From the NCBI GenBank assembly GCA_041736805.1, contig JBGSSW010000004.1, forward strand, positions 51,843-115,842: 64,000 nucleotides of DNA. Direction: 5' to 3'. Positions 18,979-28,094 of this stretch are shown one piece after another. Source of the stretch: Minisyncoccia bacterium (lineage in GTDB: Bacteria > Patescibacteriota > Minisyncoccia > Phycocordibacterales > UBA918). The position numbers and the translations under genes are program-made. Each line of letters begins with the position of its first letter. The first letter of the stretch is position 1. The notes under the pieces are model-generated. The model did no database searches. It was not told the DNA's origin and saw nothing but the letters and a program-made list of their open reading frames with translations.

Positions 18979-21033
18979 ATGCCATTTAAGATATCTACAG
19001 AAAAAACCCCGGCTGGCGATCAGCCAGAGGCTATCAAAGCTCTCGTAAAAGGGATTAAAGCTGGCCACACCCACCAGACGCTTTTGGGCGTTACGGGCTC
19101 TGGTAAGACGTTTACGGCTGCTAATGTCATACAACAGATTCAAAAACCCACCTTAGTAATTGCTCACAACAAGACACTAGCCGCCCAACTAGCTCAAGAG
19201 TATCGTGATTTCTTCCCAGAAAATGCGGTACATTATTTCGTTTCATACTACGACTACTATCAACCAGAGGCCTACATGCCCACTTCTGATACTTATATCG
19301 AGAAAGAAGCCCAAATCAACGAAGAGATTGATAGACTGCGTCACGCCTCCACTCAAGCTCTACTGACCAGAAATGATGTCATTATCGTAGCGTCTGTGTC
19401 GTGTATTTACGGCTTAGGGGCTCCAGCCGAATATCTCAAACGACATTTAAAAATTGAACGTGGTTACGAGACCACCCGCACTAATATTCTCCGCACTTTG
19501 ATAGCAATGTATTTTCAAAGAACTAACGCCGATTTAATTCCAGGAAATTTCAGGGCGGTTGGTAATACTGTCGAAATCATGCCCACCAATGAGCGAGTTA
19601 TTTTTAGACTAGGTTTTGCTGGTAATAAAGTTTCTTCCATTACAAAAATAGACGCTGTCACCAGAGCCATTATTTCTGAACCGGAAACCTTTTTCTTATT
19701 CCCTGCCAAACACTTTGTTACTCCAGAAGAGGAGCGAAAAATTGCCATTAGCGAAATTCAAACTGACTTAGACAAACAGTTAAATAAATTCAAAAAAGAA
19801 GGTAAATTGTTGGAATCTGAAAGACTTCGTCGTCGCACTCAGCATGATTTGGCTTTGATGCGTGAGGTTGGTTACTGTAACGGTATTGAAAACTACTCTC
19901 GTCATTTTGATAGACGTAAGGAAGGTGAACCACCCTACACTCTATTGTCATATTTCCCACATACCAAGGATGGTAAGCCTGATTTTCTCACTATTATTGA
20001 TGAGTCTCATGTCACGATTCCACAAATCAATGGCATGTTTGCGGGTGATCGCTCACGCAAGGAAACTTTAATTGAATTCGGTTTTCGTTTACCCAGTGCT
20101 TTAGACAATCGACCACTACGCTTTTCTGAATTTGAAGAGAAGGTTGGTCAAAGAATTTATACTTCTGCAACTCCAGGTAAGTATGAATACGAGCAATTGA
20201 ACAAAAGCAAGATACCAATGATTGAACAAGTAATCAGACCAACGGGACTAGTAGACCCAATAATTGATATTAGAAAAATTACTGAAGTAGGCAATTATCC
20301 AGGTCAGGTTAAAGATTTTATTGAAGAGGCCATAAAGGTCATTAAGGGCGGTACTAGGGTTTTGACCACAACCCTCACAAAGAAGATGGCCGAGGACTTA
20401 TCAGAATTTTTGACAGAGCGAGGAATTAACGCTAAGTATATTCATAGTGACATTGACACAATTGAACGAATTGAAATATTGACTGACTTTAGACGCGGTA
20501 AATTTGATTGTCTAGTAGGGGTCAACTTACTCCGTGAAGGTCTCGACTTACCCGAAGTGGAACTAGTGGCAATTCTTGATGCTGACAAGCAAGGTTTCCT
20601 TCGTAGCGAAACAGCTTTAATTCAAACTATTGGTCGAGCAGCCAGAAATATCAATGGAAGAGTTATTCTTTACGCAGACGAAATGACTCCAGCCTTAGAA
20701 TATGCAATTGGAGAAACGAATCGGCGCCGCGACAAGCAACTTGCTTACAACAAAGCAAACGGTATTACTCCTAAAACAATCGCTAAGGAAATAAAATCTA
20801 TTACAGACCAAATGCGGACCGAACATGATGAAACCGTGGATACTTTATTAAAAGTTGATATGGACATTTTTCTTAAAAATCCAAAAGTCGTCTTGAAGGA
20901 TAAAAAACGACAAATGGATGAGGCTGTATCTGTCCTAGACTTTGAAACAGCAGCGATAATTAGAGATGAACTTAAAATTTTAGAAGAAACCTTACTGAAA
21001 AATAAGAAGTCAAAACTTAAGTCAAAACGTTAA
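18979..21033 (+). CDS. uvrB: Excinuclease ABC subunit B
   Basis: GVTGSGKT, YYDYYQPEAY, DESH, LLREGLDLPEV, QTIGRAARN, C-terminal UVR motif LDFETAAIIRD. Confidence 0.98.
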   Translation: MPFKISTEKTPAGDQPEAIKALVKGIKAGHTHQTLLGVTGSGKTFTAANVIQQIQKPTLVIAHNKTLAAQLAQEYRDFFPENAVHYFVSYYDYYQPEAYMPTSDTYIEKEAQINEEIDRLRHASTQALLTRNDVIIVASVSCIYGLGAPAEYLKRHLKIERGYETTRTNILRTLIAMYFQRTNADLIPGNFRAVGNTVEIMPTNERVIFRLGFAGNKVSSITKIDAVTRAIISEPETFFLFPAKHFVTPEEERKIAISEIQTDLDKQLNKFKKEGKLLESERLRRRTQHDLALMREVGYCNGIENYSRHFDRRKEGEPPYTLLSYFPHTKDGKPDFLTIIDESHVTIPQINGMFAGDRSRKETLIEFGFRLPSALDNRPLRFSEFEEKVGQRIYTSATPGKYEYEQLNKSKIPMIEQVIRPTGLVDPIIDIRKITEVGNYPGQVKDFIEEAIKVIKGGTRVLTTTLTKKMAEDLSEFLTERGINAKYIHSDIDTIERIEILTDFRRGKFDCLVGVNLLREGLDLPEVELVAILDADKQGFLRSETALIQTIGRAARNINGRVILYADEMTPALEYAIGETNRRRDKQLAYNKANGITPKTIAKEIKSITDQMRTEHDETVDTLLKVDMDIFLKNPKVVLKDKKRQMDEAVSVLDFETAAIIRDELKILEETLLKNKKSKLKSKR

Positions 21034-21075
21034 TAAACATAATTTTTGTTGCATATAAAGTGTATAATCTAAACA

Positions 21076-23382
21076 ATGCCTACGTCGTTAAAAAATAAAA
21101 CGACTACTGTTTCTGTCAGAAAAAAAGCAGCTGTTTTAGCTGAATCCAGCACAAAGGTCAAAAAAGCTATTAAAGTTCCTACTAAAACGCCGTCAAAAAA
21201 TGAAGCTCCAAAGAAAGCAAAACGGACACTAAGGAGAGCTGTTAAAATTGAAACACCTGTGGTTGTCCCGTCAGTGGCTAGTCTAAGACTAGTTGAAAAA
21301 GTTGAAGCTTATAGGACCTGGTACTACGAAAACTTTCCTTTATATGTTTCAAGTGTTACGAGAGTAGCTGGCTTCTCCTTTATCTTGTTTGGTACGTTAC
21401 TAACTTCTACTTTTTATTTAGCCGATAAAAACTACTCTTGGTTTTCTTCGGCCGCACTTGTCTGTAGTCTCCAAAATTGTATTGAGACACCAGACTCCGA
21501 ACTACCTATTGGTTCTCCACTGGTTGTTTACAATAATTCTCTTCCGCTGGTCGTCTCTACAGACACTGATTTTATTATTAAACTTGAGAATACCTCAGAG
21601 GTAAGTGTTGAAGTTAGATCATCCCTTAGCTGGGAATCATACCCTCTTGAATACGAAGAAAAAATTAGTGATACCGAGTATAAGTATCTTATTCGTCCGA
21701 CAGCTTTGCCTGCTTCAACCTATTTTATCAATGCCCGGGTTCATTTAAATGGTAAAAGCTTCATCTTCAAAGGACCAAGTTTTTCTATATTAGAAAACGG
21801 GACTTTGGAATCTGAAGTAAATTTGGAGTCTCTACCTGCCGCTACGAACCTGAGTACTTTGTCTAAAAGTTTAGTTAATGAAAGTCCAGTTCTGGAGGCT
21901 GATGAGCAAAATTTAAGTAGCAGTACTAGTTTTGATATTGAGACTAAAACAAAGTTGGAGAAAAATGATTTAGAAAATAAACCGATTACTATCAAACTCA
22001 AAGAAGTAAATCAGTCTAAGTATCTTTTGTTAACTTTAGCAGATTTCCTACCTGATAAAGTAGAAGTTTATGCGGAAGTAACTGATTCTAAGCAACCACT
22101 ATTTTTAGGTCTAGCCACCCTGGTAAATGGTGAGTGGCTGTTTAGCTTGTCCGCATTAGATTTACCAGCAGTAAATTTAAAGGTATACGCTGCCTTTAGA
22201 ACAGAAGAGGGCCTAAATCAATCTGAAAGTGTTACCTATAAGCCATTTTTATTACCAAGACCAGGTAGTGAAGAAGACGCTAAACTGGAAGTGGCTATCT
22301 TGAAACAAAAAATTGAGCTAGCCTTAGAAAACATCAATATAAGCCTCAGTGACCGCGAAAATTATGGAACCAGTTTTGCTAGTTCAACTAACAGTTTATC
22401 TAAGTTACTATACGAAAAGCAATTTTTGACTCAAGCTGAAGCATCGTTTCTAAGTACAGAAGTTAAAGGAAATATGCCATATATCGATTCTTTACTACAA
22501 AGATATGCCAGTGTACGTAAAACAGACTACTTAATAGATGAAAACAATACTCTAATAGACAGTTTGAACAACACCATGGCTAATCAAGTTGCTCTCGATA
22601 CAGATAATGAAAATTTGTTTTCTTCTTTAGTTACAATTTTGGCTACCAGATTTGAACTTTACAAGGCTTACGTTGATAAGATTGAAAATGAAATAGAAGA
22701 TGCCACTGCTGGTCTTTCACTGCGTGACACTGACAAAGACGGGCTTAATGACCTAGACGAGGCCATCTTTTACAAGACTGATATTGAGTCTACCGATACA
22801 GACATGGACGGAGTAATTGACAGCATTGAAGTAATCAATATCTCTGACCCCAAGGTGTCAAACTTAAGAAGTTTTGTAAAAAGTGATTCAACACCAAATA
22901 TAAAAATCGATGAAAATGTGGTTATCATAGATTCAGTGGAGCCTTTGGTGATGAAAAGTTACAACGAAGATTACGAACAAGTCTATGCGTCAGTTCAGGG
23001 AAAAAGTCTTCCTAATACACATGTAGCTGTTATTATGAAAAACCCTTATACTTCTGGTTTAATCAAAACTGACTCTACTGGAAACTTTTCTTACTTTATT
23101 GAAAAACCATTATTAGATGGAAATTATGAAGTGATGGCTGCCTTGCAAAATAATGATGGAGAATTAGTGGTAGCTACCGCCCCGTATACTTTCAGTAAAG
23201 TTTCTAAAGAATTTACTGCTTCACTGGCTTCAGTTGGAAAATCATATTTTGAAGCTCCACCTAATAAAAGTGAACTTTTCAGTCGAACGGGGGCTGCTGC
23301 CTTGATAATCGTCATATTTGGAGTAACCTTGCTTTTATTGGCACAATCACTGCGAATTAAAACTAAAATTTTGATAAAATAG
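21076..23382 (+). CDS. Membrane-anchored surface protein with K-rich N-tail, Ca-binding DxDxDG repeats and an Ig-like domain
   Basis: TM near aa 97-115 and at the C-terminus; DTDKDGLNDLDE, DTDMDGVIDSIE; TDSTGNFSY. Confidence 0.65.
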   Translation: MPTSLKNKTTTVSVRKKAAVLAESSTKVKKAIKVPTKTPSKNEAPKKAKRTLRRAVKIETPVVVPSVASLRLVEKVEAYRTWYYENFPLYVSSVTRVAGFSFILFGTLLTSTFYLADKNYSWFSSAALVCSLQNCIETPDSELPIGSPLVVYNNSLPLVVSTDTDFIIKLENTSEVSVEVRSSLSWESYPLEYEEKISDTEYKYLIRPTALPASTYFINARVHLNGKSFIFKGPSFSILENGTLESEVNLESLPAATNLSTLSKSLVNESPVLEADEQNLSSSTSFDIETKTKLEKNDLENKPITIKLKEVNQSKYLLLTLADFLPDKVEVYAEVTDSKQPLFLGLATLVNGEWLFSLSALDLPAVNLKVYAAFRTEEGLNQSESVTYKPFLLPRPGSEEDAKLEVAILKQKIELALENINISLSDRENYGTSFASSTNSLSKLLYEKQFLTQAEASFLSTEVKGNMPYIDSLLQRYASVRKTDYLIDENNTLIDSLNNTMANQVALDTDNENLFSSLVTILATRFELYKAYVDKIENEIEDATAGLSLRDTDKDGLNDLDEAIFYKTDIESTDTDMDGVIDSIEVINISDPKVSNLRSFVKSDSTPNIKIDENVVIIDSVEPLVMKSYNEDYEQVYASVQGKSLPNTHVAVIMKNPYTSGLIKTDSTGNFSYFIEKPLLDGNYEVMAALQNNDGELVVATAPYTFSKVSKEFTASLASVGKSYFEAPPNKSELFSRTGAAALIIVIFGVTLLLLAQSLRIKTKILIK

Positions 23383-23477
23383 GCCAAAATTACTACTTTA
23401 TTAACTTTTGCATCTGGCTGTAAAATAGTTATACTTGTTCGATAGAAACCTTCATCATCAAATGAAGGCGTTATGAT

Positions 23478-26120
23478 ATGGCAAAAAAAACAACAAAAAC
23501 AAAGTGGGCTTCTGACGAGGTAGAAAAATCTAGTAATAAGATTATTATTAGAGGTGCTCGCACTCATAACTTAAAAAATATTGATGTAGAAATGCCGAGA
23601 GGAAAGATGATCGCCATTACCGGACCATCTGGTTCAGGAAAGTCTTCTTTAGCTTTTGATACAATTTTTGCTGAGGGTCAACGCAGATATGTTGAGTCGC
23701 TATCCCCATACGCAAGGCAATTTTTAAATAAGTTGCAAAAACCTGACGTAGATGAAATCAGTGGTTTATCACCAGCTATTTCGATTGATCAAAAGTCGGC
23801 TTCAAGAAATCCTCGTTCAACTGTAGCAACCATAACTGAAATTTATGATTACTTAAGAATTCTCTATGCTCGGGTGGGACAACCATACTGTCTTGATGTA
23901 GATGTACCAATTCAAAAATTATCGCAAGATGAAATTTTAGGTATTATTCTTAATTCAATTGAAACTAAAGAAGTACTTACTGCCACCAAAAACCAATCGC
24001 AAACTGTAATGGGAATCAACCTTTCCAAAGGTCGAGTCTCAATTTTTTCACCAGTGGTAGTAGGAAGAAAAGGTGAATATTATCAACTCCTTTATGACTT
24101 GTTGGGAAAGGGTTATGAAGCAGTCAAGATTGATGGTGAAATAAAGCAATTACGTGAAAAAATAATTCTAACTAAAACTAAAAGACACGATATTGATGTG
24201 CTGGTTGACGAAATTTATGTAAGTGAATTTACAGATGTCCCTAAAGGATCACGGGAAAGACTTTCTGAAGCGGTTGAGCGTGCTTTACATGAATCAAATG
24301 GGCTCGTGAAAATTGAAAGCCCGGACGGAACTAGTCGAACACTATCGGCAAAATTTATTTGTCCGATAGATGGCTCTTCCTTCCCAGAAGTAGAGCCTAG
24401 ACTTTTTTCTTTCAATTCACCATATGGGGCTTGTCCAGAATGTAATGGTCTAGGCGTGGTAGGAATTTTTCAGTCTGATATATGTCAAGTGTGTCAGGGT
24501 GCAAGACTGCGTCCAGAAGCGATGCGGGTGTACTTAGGGGGGGATGGTAAAAAGAACTTGGGTATAAATATTGTGGCCTTTACAGCTATGACGGTAAAAG
24601 AAGCTAGCGATTTTATTGACTCTCTTAAACTTACAAAAAAGCAGCAGGATATTGCATGGCCCGCCTTACGTGAAATAATTGAACGCTTACAATTCATGAA
24701 TAATGTTGGAATTCAATATTTAACCTTGGACAGAAAGGCGAACACTCTTTCTGGGGGCGAAGCTCAGAGAATACGTTTAGCATCTCAACTTGGTTCAGGA
24801 CTGGTCGGGGCTTTATATGTTCTAGATGAACCAACCATAGGGTTACATCAGCGCGACAATGATAGATTAATAAAAACCCTTACGGAACTACGTGACTTAG
24901 GTAACACTATAATAGTTGTGGAACATGATGAAGATACAATTTTTGCAGCTGATTATCTAATAGACATTGGACCTGGGGCAGGTATCCACGGTGGGGAAGT
25001 GATTGTTGCTGATTATTTGGAAAAGTTACTTTCAGATACAAAAAACACTTCAAAGTCAGTCACTTTGGATTATTTAAGAGGTGACAAAAAAATACCAATA
25101 CCGAAAAGAAGGACTAGTGAAAAAGGTTCAATAAAAATTAGAGGGGGTAAAGCTTTTAACATCAAAAACTTAAATGTTGATATTCCCTTGGGTAAACTAG
25201 TCTGTGTAACAGGTGTGTCTGGTTCAGGGAAGTCTACTTTCATGTACGAAATTTTAGATAAAAACTTAAAATCAAGGCTAGAAAAAAAATTTAGAACCCC
25301 ACATACCTACAATTGTAAAACTTTTACCGGTTCAGAATACTTAGGTAGATCTTGTTTGATTGACCAGTCACCAATTGGTAGGACACCCAGAAGTAACCCG
25401 GCTACCTACACTGGTGCTTTTACCCACATAAGAGACATGTTCGCTGCTAGCGGCGAAGCAAAAGCCCGTGGTTGGAAACCTGGACGGTTTAGCTTTAATG
25501 TAAAAGGTGGCCGATGTGAAGCTTGTCAGGGAAATGGAGAAATCGCAGTTGAAATGCATTTTCTTCCGACCGTCTATGTGACTTGTGATGTTTGTGAGGG
25601 TAAGAGATTTACTAAAGAAACGCTAGAAGTAACTTATCGCAGAAAAAACATTAATGAAGTTTTACATATGACGATTGAAGAGGCTTACTCATTCTTTATG
25701 GATGTGCCAGCCATTGAAGAAAGGCTAAAATCCTTACTTGATGTAGGCCTTGGCTACTTACAACTTGGTCAAAGTGCTACAACTTTATCAGGTGGAGAAG
25801 CACAAAGAGTAAAAATTGCTTCTGAACTCTTTAAGCCACATAGTCAAAAAACAATTTACATGTTAGACGAGCCCACGATTGGTTTGCACTATGAAGACGT
25901 AAAAAAACTAATCGAAATTCTACAAAAGTTAGTCAATCAAGGTAACACCGTCATGGTAATTGAACATAATTTAGACTTAGTTAAAAGCTCTGATTATATA
26001 ATTGATATTGGGCCTGAAGGGGGCGTTGCCGGCGGCGATATCGTAGCTAAAGGGACTCCAGAAGAAGTAGCGCAAAATAGTAAATCTTATACTGGCCAAT
26101 ATTTAAAAAAAGTACTGTAG
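23478..26120 (+). CDS. uvrA: Excinuclease ABC subunit A
   Basis: Two Walker A motifs (GPSGSGKS, GVSGSGKS), two LSGGEAQR signatures, Zn fingers. Confidence 0.98.
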   Translation: MAKKTTKTKWASDEVEKSSNKIIIRGARTHNLKNIDVEMPRGKMIAITGPSGSGKSSLAFDTIFAEGQRRYVESLSPYARQFLNKLQKPDVDEISGLSPAISIDQKSASRNPRSTVATITEIYDYLRILYARVGQPYCLDVDVPIQKLSQDEILGIILNSIETKEVLTATKNQSQTVMGINLSKGRVSIFSPVVVGRKGEYYQLLYDLLGKGYEAVKIDGEIKQLREKIILTKTKRHDIDVLVDEIYVSEFTDVPKGSRERLSEAVERALHESNGLVKIESPDGTSRTLSAKFICPIDGSSFPEVEPRLFSFNSPYGACPECNGLGVVGIFQSDICQVCQGARLRPEAMRVYLGGDGKKNLGINIVAFTAMTVKEASDFIDSLKLTKKQQDIAWPALREIIERLQFMNNVGIQYLTLDRKANTLSGGEAQRIRLASQLGSGLVGALYVLDEPTIGLHQRDNDRLIKTLTELRDLGNTIIVVEHDEDTIFAADYLIDIGPGAGIHGGEVIVADYLEKLLSDTKNTSKSVTLDYLRGDKKIPIPKRRTSEKGSIKIRGGKAFNIKNLNVDIPLGKLVCVTGVSGSGKSTFMYEILDKNLKSRLEKKFRTPHTYNCKTFTGSEYLGRSCLIDQSPIGRTPRSNPATYTGAFTHIRDMFAASGEAKARGWKPGRFSFNVKGGRCEACQGNGEIAVEMHFLPTVYVTCDVCEGKRFTKETLEVTYRRKNINEVLHMTIEEAYSFFMDVPAIEERLKSLLDVGLGYLQLGQSATTLSGGEAQRVKIASELFKPHSQKTIYMLDEPTIGLHYEDVKKLIEILQKLVNQGNTVMVIEHNLDLVKSSDYIIDIGPEGGVAGGDIVAKGTPEEVAQNSKSYTGQYLKKVL

Positions 26121-26129
26121 ATAACCACT

Positions 26130-27371
26130 ATGGATAAAAAGTCTATACTAAGAAAGAAATTGCCTGATAAACCTGGAGTATATTTCTTCTTAGGAAAGAA
26201 TAAAAAGATACTTTATATTGGGAAAGCGACATCAATAAAGAATCGAATAACTAGTTATTTTGGCTTAGACATTGTAGAAAAAAGATCTAACTTAATTGAA
26301 AAAATGGTTCAAGAGGCAATTTCTATTGATTACACTGAAACAGACAGCGTGGTTGAGGCTTTAATATTAGAGTCAAACCTAATACGTTCCCATAAACCTT
26401 ATTATAATACTAAAAGTAAAGATGATAAAACTTATAATCATTTAATAATTACTAATGAAGAATGGCCAAGATTACTTATTGTCCGTGAAAGCGATTTAAC
26501 AGAAAAATTCTCACCCGAAGATATAAAGTATCAATTTGGTCCTTTCCCCAATGGTTCGCTATTTAAAGAGGCCCTCAGAATTATTAGAAAGCTTTTTAAA
26601 TATTACGATTCCAAGAACTCTGTTGGGGAAGAAAAAACAAAAATTGAAAGAGGCCGTATAGATTTTAACCGTCAAATTGGACTTTATCCTAGTTTGATAG
26701 GTCGTAGTGAATATTTAAAAACTATTCTACATATAAAGCTTTTCTTTGAGGGTAAAAAATCAAAAATAATTTTAGACTTAGAAAAAGAAATGTCTATTAA
26801 GGCAAAATTACAAAAGTTTGAAGAAGCTAACGAAATTAAAAAAAGGATATTTGCTTTAAAGCACATAGAAGACATTGCTTTAATTAAAATAGAGAGAAAT
26901 ATGCCTGATGTTCCTATTTTTAGGATTGAAGCTTATGACATAGCTCATCATGCTGGGAAAGATATGGTGGGTGTTATGGTAGTAATACAAAACTCAGAGG
27001 CCAAAAAGTCAGAGTATCGTAAATTCAAAATTAAAACCCTAAAAAGTGCAAATGATCCAGCGGCCCTTACGGAAGTCCTAGAACGAAGATTTTGTCATCA
27101 GGAGTGGGCTATGCCTGATTTAATTGTTGTCGATGGAAATTTAATACAAATTAACGCCGCCGTACGAATTTTGTCAAAACTTATGCTAGAAATACCAGTT
27201 TTAGCAGTGACCAAGGACAAGAGTCATAAACCAATAAAAATTGTCCCAGAGAGTGGACTAGCACTTAAATATAAGTATGAAATTTTGATGGCGAACGCAG
27301 AGGCACACAGATTCGCCATAAACTATTATCGAAACCTTAATCGAAAAACTTTTTTAAAGAGCAGTAAGTAG
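26130..27371 (+). CDS. uvrC: Excinuclease ABC subunit C, short form (no C-terminal HhH)
   Basis: GIY-YIG (PGVYFF...LYIGKA), UVR (KFEEANEIK), RNase H-like domain (IEAYDIAH, PDLIVVDG, EAHRFAI). Confidence 0.9.
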   Translation: MDKKSILRKKLPDKPGVYFFLGKNKKILYIGKATSIKNRITSYFGLDIVEKRSNLIEKMVQEAISIDYTETDSVVEALILESNLIRSHKPYYNTKSKDDKTYNHLIITNEEWPRLLIVRESDLTEKFSPEDIKYQFGPFPNGSLFKEALRIIRKLFKYYDSKNSVGEEKTKIERGRIDFNRQIGLYPSLIGRSEYLKTILHIKLFFEGKKSKIILDLEKEMSIKAKLQKFEEANEIKKRIFALKHIEDIALIKIERNMPDVPIFRIEAYDIAHHAGKDMVGVMVVIQNSEAKKSEYRKFKIKTLKSANDPAALTEVLERRFCHQEWAMPDLIVVDGNLIQINAAVRILSKLMLEIPVLAVTKDKSHKPIKIVPESGLALKYKYEILMANAEAHRFAINYYRNLNRKTFLKSSK

Positions 27372-27432
27372 TTTTTATTCACCTAGAATTCGCTATTTAG
27401 AAAAATTTAATGTTATTATTAAATTAACTTTT

Positions 27433-28083
27433 ATGAAAAACTTCAAAAACCTATTTGAGTTCACAAATGCTTTTTTTCTTTTGTTAGTAATTATTCTTAC
27501 TACTTATAGTCTTTACTTGTACATGAATTTAGGTAAAGACTCCTCGACAATTGTTCCAAATACCAACACTGATAAAAAGTACTTATCTGAAGGAGAATTA
27601 AATATTGAACGTAATAGTTTATTAAAAACTCCAGCTACGTCCTCTGAAATAATTCAAATTCAATTTTCTAAAGCTACATCTAGTGTAGTTTCTGATACAG
27701 AACTACAAGTAACATCAAAAGTAAAAAATGAACAGCCTAAGGAAGTATTCGTTGCAGTAAATTCAGGTATTACTTTTATTGACTCTTCAGTTTCGACCTA
27801 TGAAGATTTTGAAGAGCCAATCATTGAAGTCATAGAAGAAGGAACTATTTTTTTTATAGATAATGACAATAGTAAATTTGGTATATCCAATAATTCAGTT
27901 TCACCGATTATTTTTAGAACGAATTTAGAAACAAATTACGAAATAAACACTAAAAATATTACTTTCTCTAATTTAAAAGTTGGCGATATTGTAAAAGTCG
28001 AAGGAAATGGTCACAATGAATCAAATGATTATCTGGCGTCTAAAGTAATAATAACTGGAATTTACCAAGCCACTCTTGAATAA
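27433..28083 (+). CDS. Hypothetical membrane-anchored protein with an OB-like (DUF5666-like) C-terminus
   Basis: N-terminal TM; ITFSNLKVGDIVKVEG. Confidence 0.55.
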   Translation: MKNFKNLFEFTNAFFLLLVIILTTYSLYLYMNLGKDSSTIVPNTNTDKKYLSEGELNIERNSLLKTPATSSEIIQIQFSKATSSVVSDTELQVTSKVKNEQPKEVFVAVNSGITFIDSSVSTYEDFEEPIIEVIEEGTIFFIDNDNSKFGISNNSVSPIIFRTNLETNYEINTKNITFSNLKVGDIVKVEGNGHNESNDYLASKVIITGIYQATLE

Positions 28084-28094
28084 ACAAATAAATT

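Noticed and set aside
18865-19143. 92-aa minus-strand ORF explaining the GC-rich intergenic island
   Set aside because: Mostly antisense to uvrB, covers only part of the island, and is not protein-like
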